Virus record (IMG/VR): IMGVR_UViG_3300037485_001666
Coordinates: 1-50,811 of that record
DNA length: 50,811 bases
From: a virus
Taxonomy: Duplodnaviria; Caudoviricetes
Reading direction: 5' to 3' (one strand)
In this document: positions 19,952 through 28,850 of the stretch, piece after piece
Numbering within the stretch: position 1 is the first letter of the stretch
Layout of the letters: each line of letters starts with the position of its first letter
Notes under the pieces: model-generated
What the model saw: the letters and a program-made list of their open reading frames with translations, nothing else
What the model was told of the DNA's origin: nothing
Databases searched by the model: none
Program-made: the position numbers and the translations under genes

Positions 19952-20271
19952 TGGAAGCTCTCGATGTCATCTGTGGCGGTACCTGGGGTGAGCGATACGG
20001 CGTCTGTCGTCGCTACTGGACGACGAAGATTCCAAACGACACGCCACCCATCGCCAAAATGCAATCCCGCAAGTGGACAGGCATCACGTTCCCATGGAAA
20101 GAGTTCGGGCCAGATTGCACTCACGAAGTACCAGAGGAAAGAATCAAGCCCCGTTGGATACTCTGGTGCGAGAAACTCAAGAACGATTCAAGCCAGGTTT
20201 CAATCATCACGATCCTACTCGACGAGCCCACCTTCATTCGGGACGTAGAAAATATCGTCCACGTTCTCTGA
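19948..20271 (+). CDS. Hypothetical protein
   Basis: CAGGAG SD; 107 aa. Confidence 0.6.
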   Translation: MMEALDVICGGTWGERYGVCRRYWTTKIPNDTPPIAKMQSRKWTGITFPWKEFGPDCTHEVPEERIKPRWILWCEKLKNDSSQVSIITILLDEPTFIRDVENIVHVL

Positions 20272-20285
20272 ATCCAAACCGACGA

Positions 20286-20314
20286 TTGACAACCGCCATT
20301 CGTCGTTGTACTCT
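20286..20314 (+). promoter_or_regulatory. Sigma70-like promoter carrying a conserved 23-bp box
   Basis: TTGACA-17 bp-TACTCT; box shared with 43635-43657 on the minus strand. Confidence 0.7.
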
Positions 20315-20418
20315 GCGGAATGCGAGAATAAAGGATATCTCCAATTTAGCGCTTGACTCCGGAGACGAAAGAACGGGAACGTGAATGACCGAAATCAATT
20401 CAAAAGAGGCGAGATATT

Positions 20419-20640
20419 ATGGTCAGTTTTGATATGCTTGGTCGTATTATCTTGGTTTGGCTATCGGTTGGTCTATTCATCAATCTGTCGGTTTTAATCA
20501 TACGTCCCACAGTCTTCTCCGACTTTCAATGGCACGAGAAGTTCGTCATCCTCGGGATGATCCAAACCGGTTGGTTGTTCCTGGCCGTCTATCTCATTGG
20601 GGATGGTCTCAAGAAACGATCTCCCTCGGATCGGCTTTAA
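20419..20640 (+). CDS. Small two-helix membrane protein
   Basis: 73 aa with two hydrophobic segments. Confidence 0.55.
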   Translation: MVSFDMLGRIILVWLSVGLFINLSVLIIRPTVFSDFQWHEKFVILGMIQTGWLFLAVYLIGDGLKKRSPSDRL

Positions 20641-20642
20641 TT

Positions 20643-20843
20643 ATGGGACGAGTTGTTATTACTCTCATGGACACAGAGGGAACTCTTGACGTTCGTTTGA
20701 GCGCGATAGTTCACAGGGAAGAGCACGATCCGGACACAGAATTACCGTGCGAACATGTCGCTCGGTGGCTTCTTCTTCAGTGCAGGGATGCTCAGGAGAT
20801 GTTCAAACGAAACCAGGAGAACGGCGGCAGTGAACTCAACTGA
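20643..20843 (+). CDS. Hypothetical protein
   Basis: MGRVVITL start in a tightly packed gene run. Confidence 0.5.
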   Translation: MGRVVITLMDTEGTLDVRLSAIVHREEHDPDTELPCEHVARWLLLQCRDAQEMFKRNQENGGSELN

Positions 20844-21120
20844 GGACGACATCGTTGAAAGCGGGGCGTCAGCATTCGATCGTTGCATCTTGCACGAGTT
20901 TGAAGCATTGGACAAGCATCATTTCGGAATGTCCAAGCGTTACAAGTGCAAGCACTGCAAGTCGATTTGCTACTCGTCGTTCGTGGCTGGCTATCATCTC
21001 GGAAGGATTCATCAGGCTAATCAACACGCTATCAAGAAGTTTCAGGAGCATATAGATGCCGGAAGATGCAGAAATAACGCGGCTCACTCTGAGGATAAAT
21101 CACCTACAAGCCAAGCTTGA
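20830..21120 (+). CDS. Hypothetical protein with C2H2-like motif
   Basis: CKHCKS...YHLGRIH; CAGGAG SD before GTG. Confidence 0.5.
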   Translation: MNSTEDDIVESGASAFDRCILHEFEALDKHHFGMSKRYKCKHCKSICYSSFVAGYHLGRIHQANQHAIKKFQEHIDAGRCRNNAAHSEDKSPTSQA

Positions 21121-21316
21121 GCGTGACAACGAACTGTTCGAACGGATATTCGGCAACATGTACGTTGGTTGTGCGGGGTGTCTCATCTCTCATTATCAGC
21201 CGAACGGCAAGTGGGGTTGCGCCTTGCGACCTCCACAGAAGCGTCACTGCAAACCCGCAGGTCAAGGCAGACACGAAGATTGTCCATGGATAGCTCATGT
21301 GAAAGGAAGATTTTGA
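21056..21316 (+). CDS. Hypothetical Cys-rich protein
   Basis: CAGGAG SD; CAGC...C...C...HEDCPW. Confidence 0.55.
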   Translation: MPEDAEITRLTLRINHLQAKLERDNELFERIFGNMYVGCAGCLISHYQPNGKWGCALRPPQKRHCKPAGQGRHEDCPWIAHVKGRF

Positions 21317-21579
21317 TGCACCCTAGTAATAAGATCACCCGTGAGAATCTGAAAGATGTTGTCTACTGGCACAGTCCAAAGCCAGAACAAGTACGAGGAA
21401 TGGAAAGGATAGCCGAGTCATGTGAGATACTCATGCACGCTATTCTGATTTCGTGTCCAGATTGTGCAGACAGAAGCGCAGCTTTGCGATGTGCTCGTGA
21501 GGCAAGGATGTGGGCGAACGCCGCAATCGTTCTTGACCCTGAGCATCACAATCCAATCGACCACACGAGAGGTGTGTGA
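21316..21579 (+). CDS. Acb2/Tad1-like cyclic-nucleotide sponge (anti-defence protein)
   Basis: YWHSPKPEQ...CPDCADRSAALRCAREARMWANAAI matches the family pattern YHxP...CP.SRE.S.A...EA.MWANAAI. Confidence 0.72.
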   Translation: MHPSNKITRENLKDVVYWHSPKPEQVRGMERIAESCEILMHAILISCPDCADRSAALRCAREARMWANAAIVLDPEHHNPIDHTRGV

Positions 21580-21833
21580 TGGAATTAGTCAACACATACA
21601 CCATCACCGTGCAAGAAAAAGTCAACGCGGATGGCTCGGGTCAAACCAATTTCAACATCGTCGTCGAACATCCAAACAATGCAGTGACACGAAGTCGTGT
21701 CCTCACGGAGCTTGCTTTCAAGGAACTCAAGCAACGGTTGGAAGCGTTTTCCGATAGCCACACAAAAGAAATTCCAACACCAGAGAATTTTCCCAAGCCA
21801 CCCGGCACGGATGTAAAGGGGCCAGTCAATTGA
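21576..21833 (+). CDS. Hypothetical protein
   Basis: GAGG SD; overlaps both neighbours. Confidence 0.55.
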   Translation: MMELVNTYTITVQEKVNADGSGQTNFNIVVEHPNNAVTRSRVLTELAFKELKQRLEAFSDSHTKEIPTPENFPKPPGTDVKGPVN

Positions 21834-22228
21834 AAATGCTCTGCCCTCACTGCCTCACACTCATCACTGACAGGCAACGGATGCTCGCATTCTACAACCT
21901 GCTCAAGATGCACGATTGGGACAGGGGGAGAGCATCGCAGGACTGCGGCATTTCCCGACGCCTCGCTACGCAATGGGTAGAGGCACTGCGAAACGAGGGC
22001 GTCCCTGTCCCAAGGACGGTGTTCCTCATTGATGGGCACCTCGATCACCCCTTCGGAAACAAGCGCAGGAATCACGCTTGGGTCCCTGGAGAGATCAAAT
22101 ACCTTACTCAATCGTGGGACAAGATTCCGCTCGACAAGATTCTGTTCGTGCTTGGTAGGCGTGACGCTAAAGTGATCGCTATGGCTGAACGACTAGGATT
22201 GAAAAGGGAGACACATGGAGATAAATGA
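21830..22228 (+). CDS. Putative HTH DNA-binding protein
   Basis: CPHC N-terminus; RASQDCGISRRLATQW HTH-like; WVPGEIKYL...LGRR Myb-like C-terminus. Confidence 0.55.
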   Translation: MKMLCPHCLTLITDRQRMLAFYNLLKMHDWDRGRASQDCGISRRLATQWVEALRNEGVPVPRTVFLIDGHLDHPFGNKRRNHAWVPGEIKYLTQSWDKIPLDKILFVLGRRDAKVIAMAERLGLKRETHGDK

Positions 22229-22421
22229 GCGTCCAAATATCCACCAAGTCATTGCTCAACTTCGGGATGATATAGATTGCGCTGGATATCATATGGCAGA
22301 GGGTAGCCTTCTCGATTGTCATAGTGAGGCAACCAAAGAGTTCGCTCACGGATGTCTCAAAATTCTGATCGGAGTAGCTGCCGTTTTAGTCTTTGCTCTT
22401 GAGGATGCAAATGAAACGTGA
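22215..22421 (+). CDS. Hypothetical protein
   Basis: AAGGGAG SD; 68 aa. Confidence 0.5.
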   Translation: MEINERPNIHQVIAQLRDDIDCAGYHMAEGSLLDCHSEATKEFAHGCLKILIGVAAVLVFALEDANET

Positions 22422-22680
22422 ACGCATGGTGCGTCCGTCCGATCGTCCTCTCTGCGCGACACAACCGATCGGATTGGCGCACCAAATCTCAATGGTGAGC
22501 GGAGGGCTGAGTGCATGGACGGAACCTCACACGTTAGCCCTTTGCTACCACTGTCTCGTTGGGAGCGGCTCGGAGGCTGTGAGACTCCGGGTTGACTCCA
22601 GGTCTCAATGGTGAGCGGCTTGGGTGTATGGCGTGCCCTTCATTCGCCCAAGTTGCCACTGTTCTGAAAGGAACATCTGC

Positions 22681-23157
22681 ATGAGAATCTACAAAGGCCA
22701 GGTCTTCCGAGAAGGACAGCATTTCATCTCAACCATCTCGAAGATAGCTGGTCGAGTTTGGACTGTCGCCAAGGTTCGTTTCACGGACGCCAACGGATGG
22801 CTCTACGTTCGTCCAATCATCGTCATGCAGCGCACCACTGGACAGCTTCTCATGCTCAACTGCATGGGAGCAGAGAAGGTCGTTGTTCCACCTGCGATGG
22901 TCAAAAGAAAACCAACGCCTAAACCACGACCTGGAAGCATCTATCGCCCAAGCTCTGTCTGTGCGTCGCCTCATTGCCTTTGTGTGTTGAGAGTCGTCTC
23001 TCGGGATTTGGTCGAAGTCATCGCCGTCCATTTAGATGAAGACGTTTGGATGAGAGTTGAGAATGCACGAAAGAGGCCGATGTCCATTCATCGTCTTCAC
23101 TGGAGATACAAGCCACACGCTACCGACATCAATCTGATAGGAGACAACCCATGTTGA
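22681..23157 (+). CDS. Hypothetical protein
   Basis: AAAGGA SD before ATG 22681; overlaps the queD start. Confidence 0.55.
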   Translation: MRIYKGQVFREGQHFISTISKIAGRVWTVAKVRFTDANGWLYVRPIIVMQRTTGQLLMLNCMGAEKVVVPPAMVKRKPTPKPRPGSIYRPSSVCASPHCLCVLRVVSRDLVEVIAVHLDEDVWMRVENARKRPMSIHRLHWRYKPHATDINLIGDNPC

Positions 23158-23579
23158 GAGTATCGAAGAAGTTCCATTTCTGTGCTGCCCATCGCCTCAT
23201 TGGACACAAAGGATTGTGCAAGAACCTCCACGGCCATCGCTACGAGTTGCAGGTATTCTGCGAAGCCGACGAGCCAGACGACGTTGGGTGCACTGTCGAT
23301 TTTGGTGAACTCAAAGACACTGTAGGCGAATGGATCGATGCTCATCTTGACCATGCTACAATGGTGTTCGATGAAGATACAGAACTGCTGGAATTCTGTA
23401 TGCGAACTGGCTCAAAGAGATTCTATTTTAGCGCCAACACGACCGTGGAAAACATGATTCAAAAAATCTACGTCAGGATGCAATCTGAATTGCTCAACCA
23501 ACGTTGGCGTCTGGTCGGTATGAAAATGTGGGAAAGTCCGAACAACTGCGTGACCTATACGGGTCCCAAAGGAGAATAA
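23151..23579 (+). CDS. queD: 6-carboxy-5,6,7,8-tetrahydropterin synthase
   Basis: FHFCAAHRL, CKNLHGHRY, VDFGELK, LDH, TTVENM, WESPNN. Confidence 0.95.
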   Translation: MLRVSKKFHFCAAHRLIGHKGLCKNLHGHRYELQVFCEADEPDDVGCTVDFGELKDTVGEWIDAHLDHATMVFDEDTELLEFCMRTGSKRFYFSANTTVENMIQKIYVRMQSELLNQRWRLVGMKMWESPNNCVTYTGPKGE

Positions 23580-23582
23580 GCT

Positions 23583-24356
23583 ATGTGGCAGGTGTCAGAA
23601 ATTTTCCGGAGTATTCAGGGTGAGGGCATTCGAACGGGCCGCGCTACGACGTTCCTGCGCCTTGCAGGGTGCAACCTGCGATGCTCCTGGCGGTGCGACA
23701 AAAGGGGACCGGGGGGGCGAATCATTCCCACCTACATCTCCTGCGACACCGAACACGCTCAGAACGCAATCCACGTCCCACGGCCCGTTCCCGATTCTCA
23801 GAGCCTCGCACAGTGGCTGGGAAGCATCGTCAAACCCATGGATGACATCGTGGTCACTGGGGGCGAGCCGACCATGCAATCCATCGACTCGTTCCTGGAA
23901 GACAACGACCTCCGCAGGATCCTGACCAACCATCACTGCACCCTGGAAACGAACGGCACAGCCGCCGTCAAGGTCCCGTGGGCGAAGCTCCTGAGCATCT
24001 CCCCAAAGGTCACAGCCGATGGAACGGACGGCCGCATGATGGCCATGTGGGCATCGGAGACGGCCCAGCTCATCACAGAAAATCCCGGCTCGCAGGTCCA
24101 GCTCAAGTTCGTTCTGGGCAACGTCGGAGATATCGACATCATCACCTCGTTCCTGCAGGACGTTTACAACCAGATGTCCTATGCAAGCAACTCTGAGATT
24201 CTGGTCATGCTCATGCCGGTGTCGGTTAATCCGTCCTATTTCGACCAACTGTCGCGTGACATTGTAGACAACATTGTGCTCCAGAACTCAGGCATTGATT
24301 TCAGATTGTGCGACCGCCTGCACTATCGACTCTGGAAAGGGGAGCAGGGAAAATGA
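23583..24356 (+). CDS. queE: 7-carboxy-7-deazaguanine synthase (radical SAM)
   Basis: EIFRSIQGEG..TG, FLRLAGCNLRC...CDT, VVTGGEP, LETNGT, SISPK, LKFV, RLH. Confidence 0.95.
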   Translation: MWQVSEIFRSIQGEGIRTGRATTFLRLAGCNLRCSWRCDKRGPGGRIIPTYISCDTEHAQNAIHVPRPVPDSQSLAQWLGSIVKPMDDIVVTGGEPTMQSIDSFLEDNDLRRILTNHHCTLETNGTAAVKVPWAKLLSISPKVTADGTDGRMMAMWASETAQLITENPGSQVQLKFVLGNVGDIDIITSFLQDVYNQMSYASNSEILVMLMPVSVNPSYFDQLSRDIVDNIVLQNSGIDFRLCDRLHYRLWKGEQGK

Positions 24357-24901
24357 TGTTCCACACAGCCAAATACCTGCGCCGTCTTTTTGAGGAGTAC
24401 GGAGAAAACCCAGAACGGGAAGGACTCGTCGATACCCCAAACCGAGTTCTCAGGGCCTGGCGCGAAATCTTGAAAGGATACAAAAGTGAACCAAGGAACA
24501 TCCTCAGCGCCACCTTTCAAAGCTCAGCAGCAGGCATTGTCTGTTGTAAAGAAATCGAGTTCTACTCAACTTGTGAGCATCACTTGCTCCCGTTCTTTGG
24601 ACGCGCTCACATCGCATACATACCTGACGGAAAAGTCGTCGGTGTGTCGAAACTCGTCCGACTCGTCGAGTGCTATGCACAGCGACTGCAAATCCAGGAA
24701 GAAATAACGGAGCGTGTCTCGTCGGATTTGATGACCTATCTTCAACCTCGTGGCTGTATGGTCGTCGTCGAAGCGCAGCATCTGTGCATGAAAGCACGCG
24801 GCGTCAAGAACCACAGCTCCGTCATGGTCACGAGTTCAATCCGTGGATGTTTCGATGACCACGCCATTCGCATGGAAACCCTCAAACTGTTCGGGATGTG
24901 A
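24353..24901 (+). CDS. folE: GTP cyclohydrolase I
   Basis: REGLVDTPNRV, CEHHLLPFFG, GVSKLVR, RLQIQE, AQHLCMKARGV. Confidence 0.97.
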   Translation: MMFHTAKYLRRLFEEYGENPEREGLVDTPNRVLRAWREILKGYKSEPRNILSATFQSSAAGIVCCKEIEFYSTCEHHLLPFFGRAHIAYIPDGKVVGVSKLVRLVECYAQRLQIQEEITERVSSDLMTYLQPRGCMVVVEAQHLCMKARGVKNHSSVMVTSSIRGCFDDHAIRMETLKLFGM

Positions 24902-24904
24902 CAC

Positions 24905-26299
24905 ATGAGAAGAAGACGCGCAGTGATCGTTGTTCCCGTCGCCAAAGAACGTATCAACACCCCCATGAGCTTCGCCCCGTTCGGCATGTATGCCATGCTG
25001 GACATGAAAGGTATCGATGTTCACTTTGAGTTCGTGCGATACGAGGACGATGTTGAGGAACGAGTTTGGTCAAAGATGATCGACTACGACGAACTCTATG
25101 TGAGCATCACCAATCCTGACCAAGAATGGATCATCGAGTTTTGTCAGAAAGAGATTGCAGCACACAACAAGATGCTTGAGAAATTCATCACACCTCACTG
25201 GTGCGAGCCTCAGTTCTTTGGACTCAAAGACTACATTCCCGACGACTGCCTGACCGCTTCGGACGACTGGATACAGGGAATGTTTCGCATTCATCTCTAC
25301 TACCAAACCTTCAAACGTTATCGCGCCTACAACGGGGAACTCGACCATCATTTCTGTACCGTGTCCAATCGAACGGTCGTTCCAGTGTTCACGTCCTGGG
25401 GTTGCAAGAACAGATGTCCTTTCTGTTACAACTCATCTGAGAAGAGATATGAGTACGTTGAGTGCTCACTCGACGACCTCGAAACCATGGCTCACATGAT
25501 GGACCACGAGAATATCTCATTCCATTTCATGGACGAGGATTTGTGCAAGCATTCAAAACTCAAACTCATCCTTGAGATGTGTAAGGATAGTCAGAGTATC
25601 TGTCTGTCCAGCATCGAAGCTTATCTCCATCTTCACTACTCAAGACAAGAGCAGTTCAACAAAGCCTTTTTCTGTATTGAAGTGGGTGTCGAAGACCTGG
25701 ACGAAAAGATTTCAGGAAAGAAGCAGAACGTGCAAGGGTTCGCTTCGCAGATTATGGAAGACGGACCATACCCCTACTTTCTCACCCAGACGTTCCTTCC
25801 AGGACAGACGGTCGGTTCCCTGTATCGACTCGGAAAGGCACTCAGGGACTCCATCGGAGCGTCCTACATGGGCATGATTCAACCTCGCGGTCGATGCAAC
25901 GGTCACGCAAACTGCATCGGTCAGATGTTCAATCCCATCAAGGGAACAACCTACTGGAAGAAGATTGAAGCCAAGGAGCCGGGCTATGAAGGCCGCTGGC
26001 TTGAACGTCCAGGCACGAGAATGAGTCCGTCCTGGGTTCCTCAGTCGTTCATTGATAGCGTCAAGAAGTCACGCTTCGTCATGAGTAACTACCTCGCATT
26101 CAAGCGTGACCTGTTCGCCGGCTTGTGGGCATGGCACAGAATTAGCGCCAATGATGCTGAGTTCATCATCGAACGAATTCAGTTGTCGGCTTGGGATTTC
26201 ATGTCTCTCGAACCTTGCCTGTCGCATCTGCTAAAGAAAGAAGCCGTGGTTGCTGCGATGCTTGCGCGGTTCGGTGCGCTCCAGGAGGCACTGAAATGA
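24905..26299 (+). CDS. Radical SAM protein of unknown function
   Basis: TSWGCKNRCPFC (CxxxCxxC), FHFMDED, IEVGVE, FLPGQT; about 150 aa N-terminal extension. Confidence 0.85.
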   Translation: MRRRRAVIVVPVAKERINTPMSFAPFGMYAMLDMKGIDVHFEFVRYEDDVEERVWSKMIDYDELYVSITNPDQEWIIEFCQKEIAAHNKMLEKFITPHWCEPQFFGLKDYIPDDCLTASDDWIQGMFRIHLYYQTFKRYRAYNGELDHHFCTVSNRTVVPVFTSWGCKNRCPFCYNSSEKRYEYVECSLDDLETMAHMMDHENISFHFMDEDLCKHSKLKLILEMCKDSQSICLSSIEAYLHLHYSRQEQFNKAFFCIEVGVEDLDEKISGKKQNVQGFASQIMEDGPYPYFLTQTFLPGQTVGSLYRLGKALRDSIGASYMGMIQPRGRCNGHANCIGQMFNPIKGTTYWKKIEAKEPGYEGRWLERPGTRMSPSWVPQSFIDSVKKSRFVMSNYLAFKRDLFAGLWAWHRISANDAEFIIERIQLSAWDFMSLEPCLSHLLKKEAVVAAMLARFGALQEALK

Positions 26300-27342
26300 A
26301 GACCAAAGTCCTGCTTGTTCCATCAACCAACGACGACTCACGCCCGCAGTGGCACATGCTAAACGAGATCAAGAGCTACTCGTTCCCAAGCATGTGTCGT
26401 CTGCCTTTTGTGGAGAATCCACTCGACCAGAAATTCCACACCCAAAGGCACTGCGAGTCGTTCTTCCACAAGACTGAACTCATCGTCGGCTGGTCCGATA
26501 TGGTTCGGCCAATCATCGAAACTGTGCTCAAAGAGATTCGAGACAAGGGAAGCAACGTCACCGTGTTTTGGATGGACGGATTTACCCCAGCCATTTTCTC
26601 AGTCAAGTCCATTCTCGACGCTATGAACGTCTCACGGGAACGTGTCAAACACGTCTGCTTTTTCCACGGCTCGCCTAACATTCCAGAAGACTCATTCATG
26701 CACGCTAAGTATCTTCAGGTGCTCGATTTCCACATCTGGAGTCAATACGACCAGATATTCATCGCCCGAGAATATCTCAAGAAGTACTTGCCCGATGCAC
26801 CAAAGAAGGTCTGTCTTGACTGGCTTCCACTCGACAGAAAGCTGTTCAATCAGACGCCGCTCATGCCAGACGATCGCGATCCGGTCGTGGTCTTTCCTCA
26901 CAGATGGTGCTACACAAAAGCCAGATATGACTTCATTAGACAGTGTCTTGAAAACAAACGTCGTGGCCTCATTCTGACACCCGTCCCAATCCCAAAGGCC
27001 CAGATTTGGAATGGCACCAAAACTCAATGCGACAAGATTTTCAAGCTGGTCGAAATCCGCTTGTGCACCAGGGAAACCTACCTCGCTTCGCTGGCCAGAT
27101 CGAAATGGATATTCAATGAGAGCGAGTACGAGACGTTCGGAATTGCGACTGTCGAAGGCATGGCACTCGGCTGTGAGCTTCTACCTCTTCCTGACTGCAA
27201 AGTGAAATTGGTTCCCGAGGCTGTTACACTGCTACACGAGGAACGACTAGACATCGAAACAGCACAGGTCAGGCAACGAAAATGCCTCAAGCTCATCGGT
27301 GATTCAGTTCGCGACCTCTGGGGGTATCACGGACATGGCTAA
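26296..27342 (+). CDS. Glycosyltransferase (GT-B fold, GT4-like)
   Basis: VVVFPHRW..K and ETFGIATVEGMALGC (ExFG-x4-E signature); CAGGAGG SD; ATGA coupling. Confidence 0.82.
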   Translation: MKTKVLLVPSTNDDSRPQWHMLNEIKSYSFPSMCRLPFVENPLDQKFHTQRHCESFFHKTELIVGWSDMVRPIIETVLKEIRDKGSNVTVFWMDGFTPAIFSVKSILDAMNVSRERVKHVCFFHGSPNIPEDSFMHAKYLQVLDFHIWSQYDQIFIAREYLKKYLPDAPKKVCLDWLPLDRKLFNQTPLMPDDRDPVVVFPHRWCYTKARYDFIRQCLENKRRGLILTPVPIPKAQIWNGTKTQCDKIFKLVEIRLCTRETYLASLARSKWIFNESEYETFGIATVEGMALGCELLPLPDCKVKLVPEAVTLLHEERLDIETAQVRQRKCLKLIGDSVRDLWGYHGHG

Positions 27343-27919
27343 GAAAAAGGCACACGCGAAGTTCGAGATTGAGACGTTTCCATTGGTCATGTTGTCCAAG
27401 TACGAACGTAATCCACGCTACAACGAGATGGCCGTCGATGCGGTCATGAAAAGCATTGAGAAGTTCGGCTTCAACAATCCCATCCTCGTCAATAAAGAAA
27501 TGACAATCCTCGCTGGACACACCAGATATGAAGCATGCAAGCGCCTCGGCTACACGGAGGTTCCCTGTATTGTTCTGGACCATCTCACACCTCAGGAACA
27601 GAAAGCGTTCCTCATCGCGGACAACAAGACGTCCGAGCTTGCCGGCTGGAATGAGTCGATGCTCTCGGAGCTGTTCAACGAACTCAAGCTCGATGATTTT
27701 GATTTGGAGTTTACGGCATTTTCAAAGACGGAAATTGACGTCCTTGCCGGTGGGTTCAACTACGAAAACATCGAGCCGTCCGACCGCAAGTCAAAGAACA
27801 AGGGAACCACCGCTACCCTGAAACTGACACTGCCGGTTGAACGACTCCCAACCTTCAAGGCCAGTCTCGAAAATTGGCTTCAGGAGAACAAGCATGAGTA
27901 CGTGGCCGTTAGCCAGTGA
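27335..27919 (+). CDS. ParB/sulfiredoxin-like N-terminal domain protein
   Basis: YERNPR, SIEKFGFNNPILV, ILAGHTRYEA, FLIADNKTSELAGWN. Confidence 0.9.
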   Translation: MAKKKAHAKFEIETFPLVMLSKYERNPRYNEMAVDAVMKSIEKFGFNNPILVNKEMTILAGHTRYEACKRLGYTEVPCIVLDHLTPQEQKAFLIADNKTSELAGWNESMLSELFNELKLDDFDLEFTAFSKTEIDVLAGGFNYENIEPSDRKSKNKGTTATLKLTLPVERLPTFKASLENWLQENKHEYVAVSQ

Positions 27920-28850
27920 CGACTCATACTGCATGAACATTCTCTTGTCCTATGTGTACTTCCCCCGAAACGGGCGCGCGGCACAGAGGCTGCTCCAGGT
28001 TCTGGCCGAAATGCACCCAGGCGGATATCGGCTCCTCATTGACTCGGGCGCGTTCTCGGCTGCGAACTCCGGGAAGATTGTGTCGCTGGACGAGTACAAC
28101 GCTTTCCTCAAGAAGCTGCCACGCGACCTGAACTACCGCGCCATCCAGCTCGACGTGGTCAACGATCCACAGGCCTCTTTCGAGAACTACCTGCGACAAC
28201 GGGACGCCGGGGTCAACGTCGTGCCGGTCTGGCAGAAAGGGGCCTCCCTGGAGCAACTGGAAAAGCTCTACTCGGTGACCGACTATGTGATGCTCGCAGG
28301 GGGCCGGGTCGACAGAACCTACCTGCTCGAAGCTCACAAGCTCATTGGCGACCGGAAGGTGCACTGGCTCGGGAACACCCACATGCGCTGCATCTACGAG
28401 GGGAAGCCCTGGTCGTGCGACTCGGTGACGTGGCTGAACTCCGGCCGGTTCGGATCCGTTCCCATCTTCTCGGCCAGGTCTGATTTCGACCAGTGGTGGA
28501 TCCGGAAAGACCCCGGAGCGGTCGGGAAGGTCGCCGACTGTCTGCGCGACTGCGGAATCTCGATCAAGGAATCCTTCGATATCCTCAACTGGAAGGTGAC
28601 CCAAATCTCCGGATTGGAGGGTCGTCTCGAACTCCATCGCTTCGTGGGTCGCCTCGTGTGGGCCTACAAAGCCAACTTCATTTTCCGCAGACTGAACACT
28701 CGAGTCTTTTTGGCAATCGCTGGATATCACGACCTTCTCAGTTTCATTCTTGCAAACCAAGCCCTACTTCGAAGAGGAGTCATTCAAGATGACGATTTCA
28801 AGCAACGATTCTCAAGACAGATGCGTCATTCTTTTTTCAGGCGGGATTGA
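27894..28850 (+). CDS. dpdA: DpdA-like DNA guanine transglycosylase (TGT-fold)
   Basis: LLIDSGAFSA, QLDVV, VVPVWQ, KVHWLG, SCDSVTW motifs; embedded in the que operon. Alternative start at 27933. Confidence 0.78.
   Translation: MSTWPLASDDSYCMNILLSYVYFPRNGRAAQRLLQVLAEMHPGGYRLLIDSGAFSAANSGKIVSLDEYNAFLKKLPRDLNYRAIQLDVVNDPQASFENYLRQRDAGVNVVPVWQKGASLEQLEKLYSVTDYVMLAGGRVDRTYLLEAHKLIGDRKVHWLGNTHMRCIYEGKPWSCDSVTWLNSGRFGSVPIFSARSDFDQWWIRKDPGAVGKVADCLRDCGISIKESFDILNWKVTQISGLEGRLELHRFVGRLVWAYKANFIFRRLNTRVFLAIAGYHDLLSFILANQALLRRGVIQDDDFKQRFSRQMRHSFFRRD

Noticed and set aside
27335-27919. Plasmid-prophage partition system
   Set aside because: No ParA or repressor was recognised, and the ParB-like gene is embedded in the modification operon.
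27924-28760. Long antisense ORFs here and at 23595-24248, 35641-36372 and 44710-45549
   Set aside because: Shadows of well-supported plus-strand genes, explained by codon bias.
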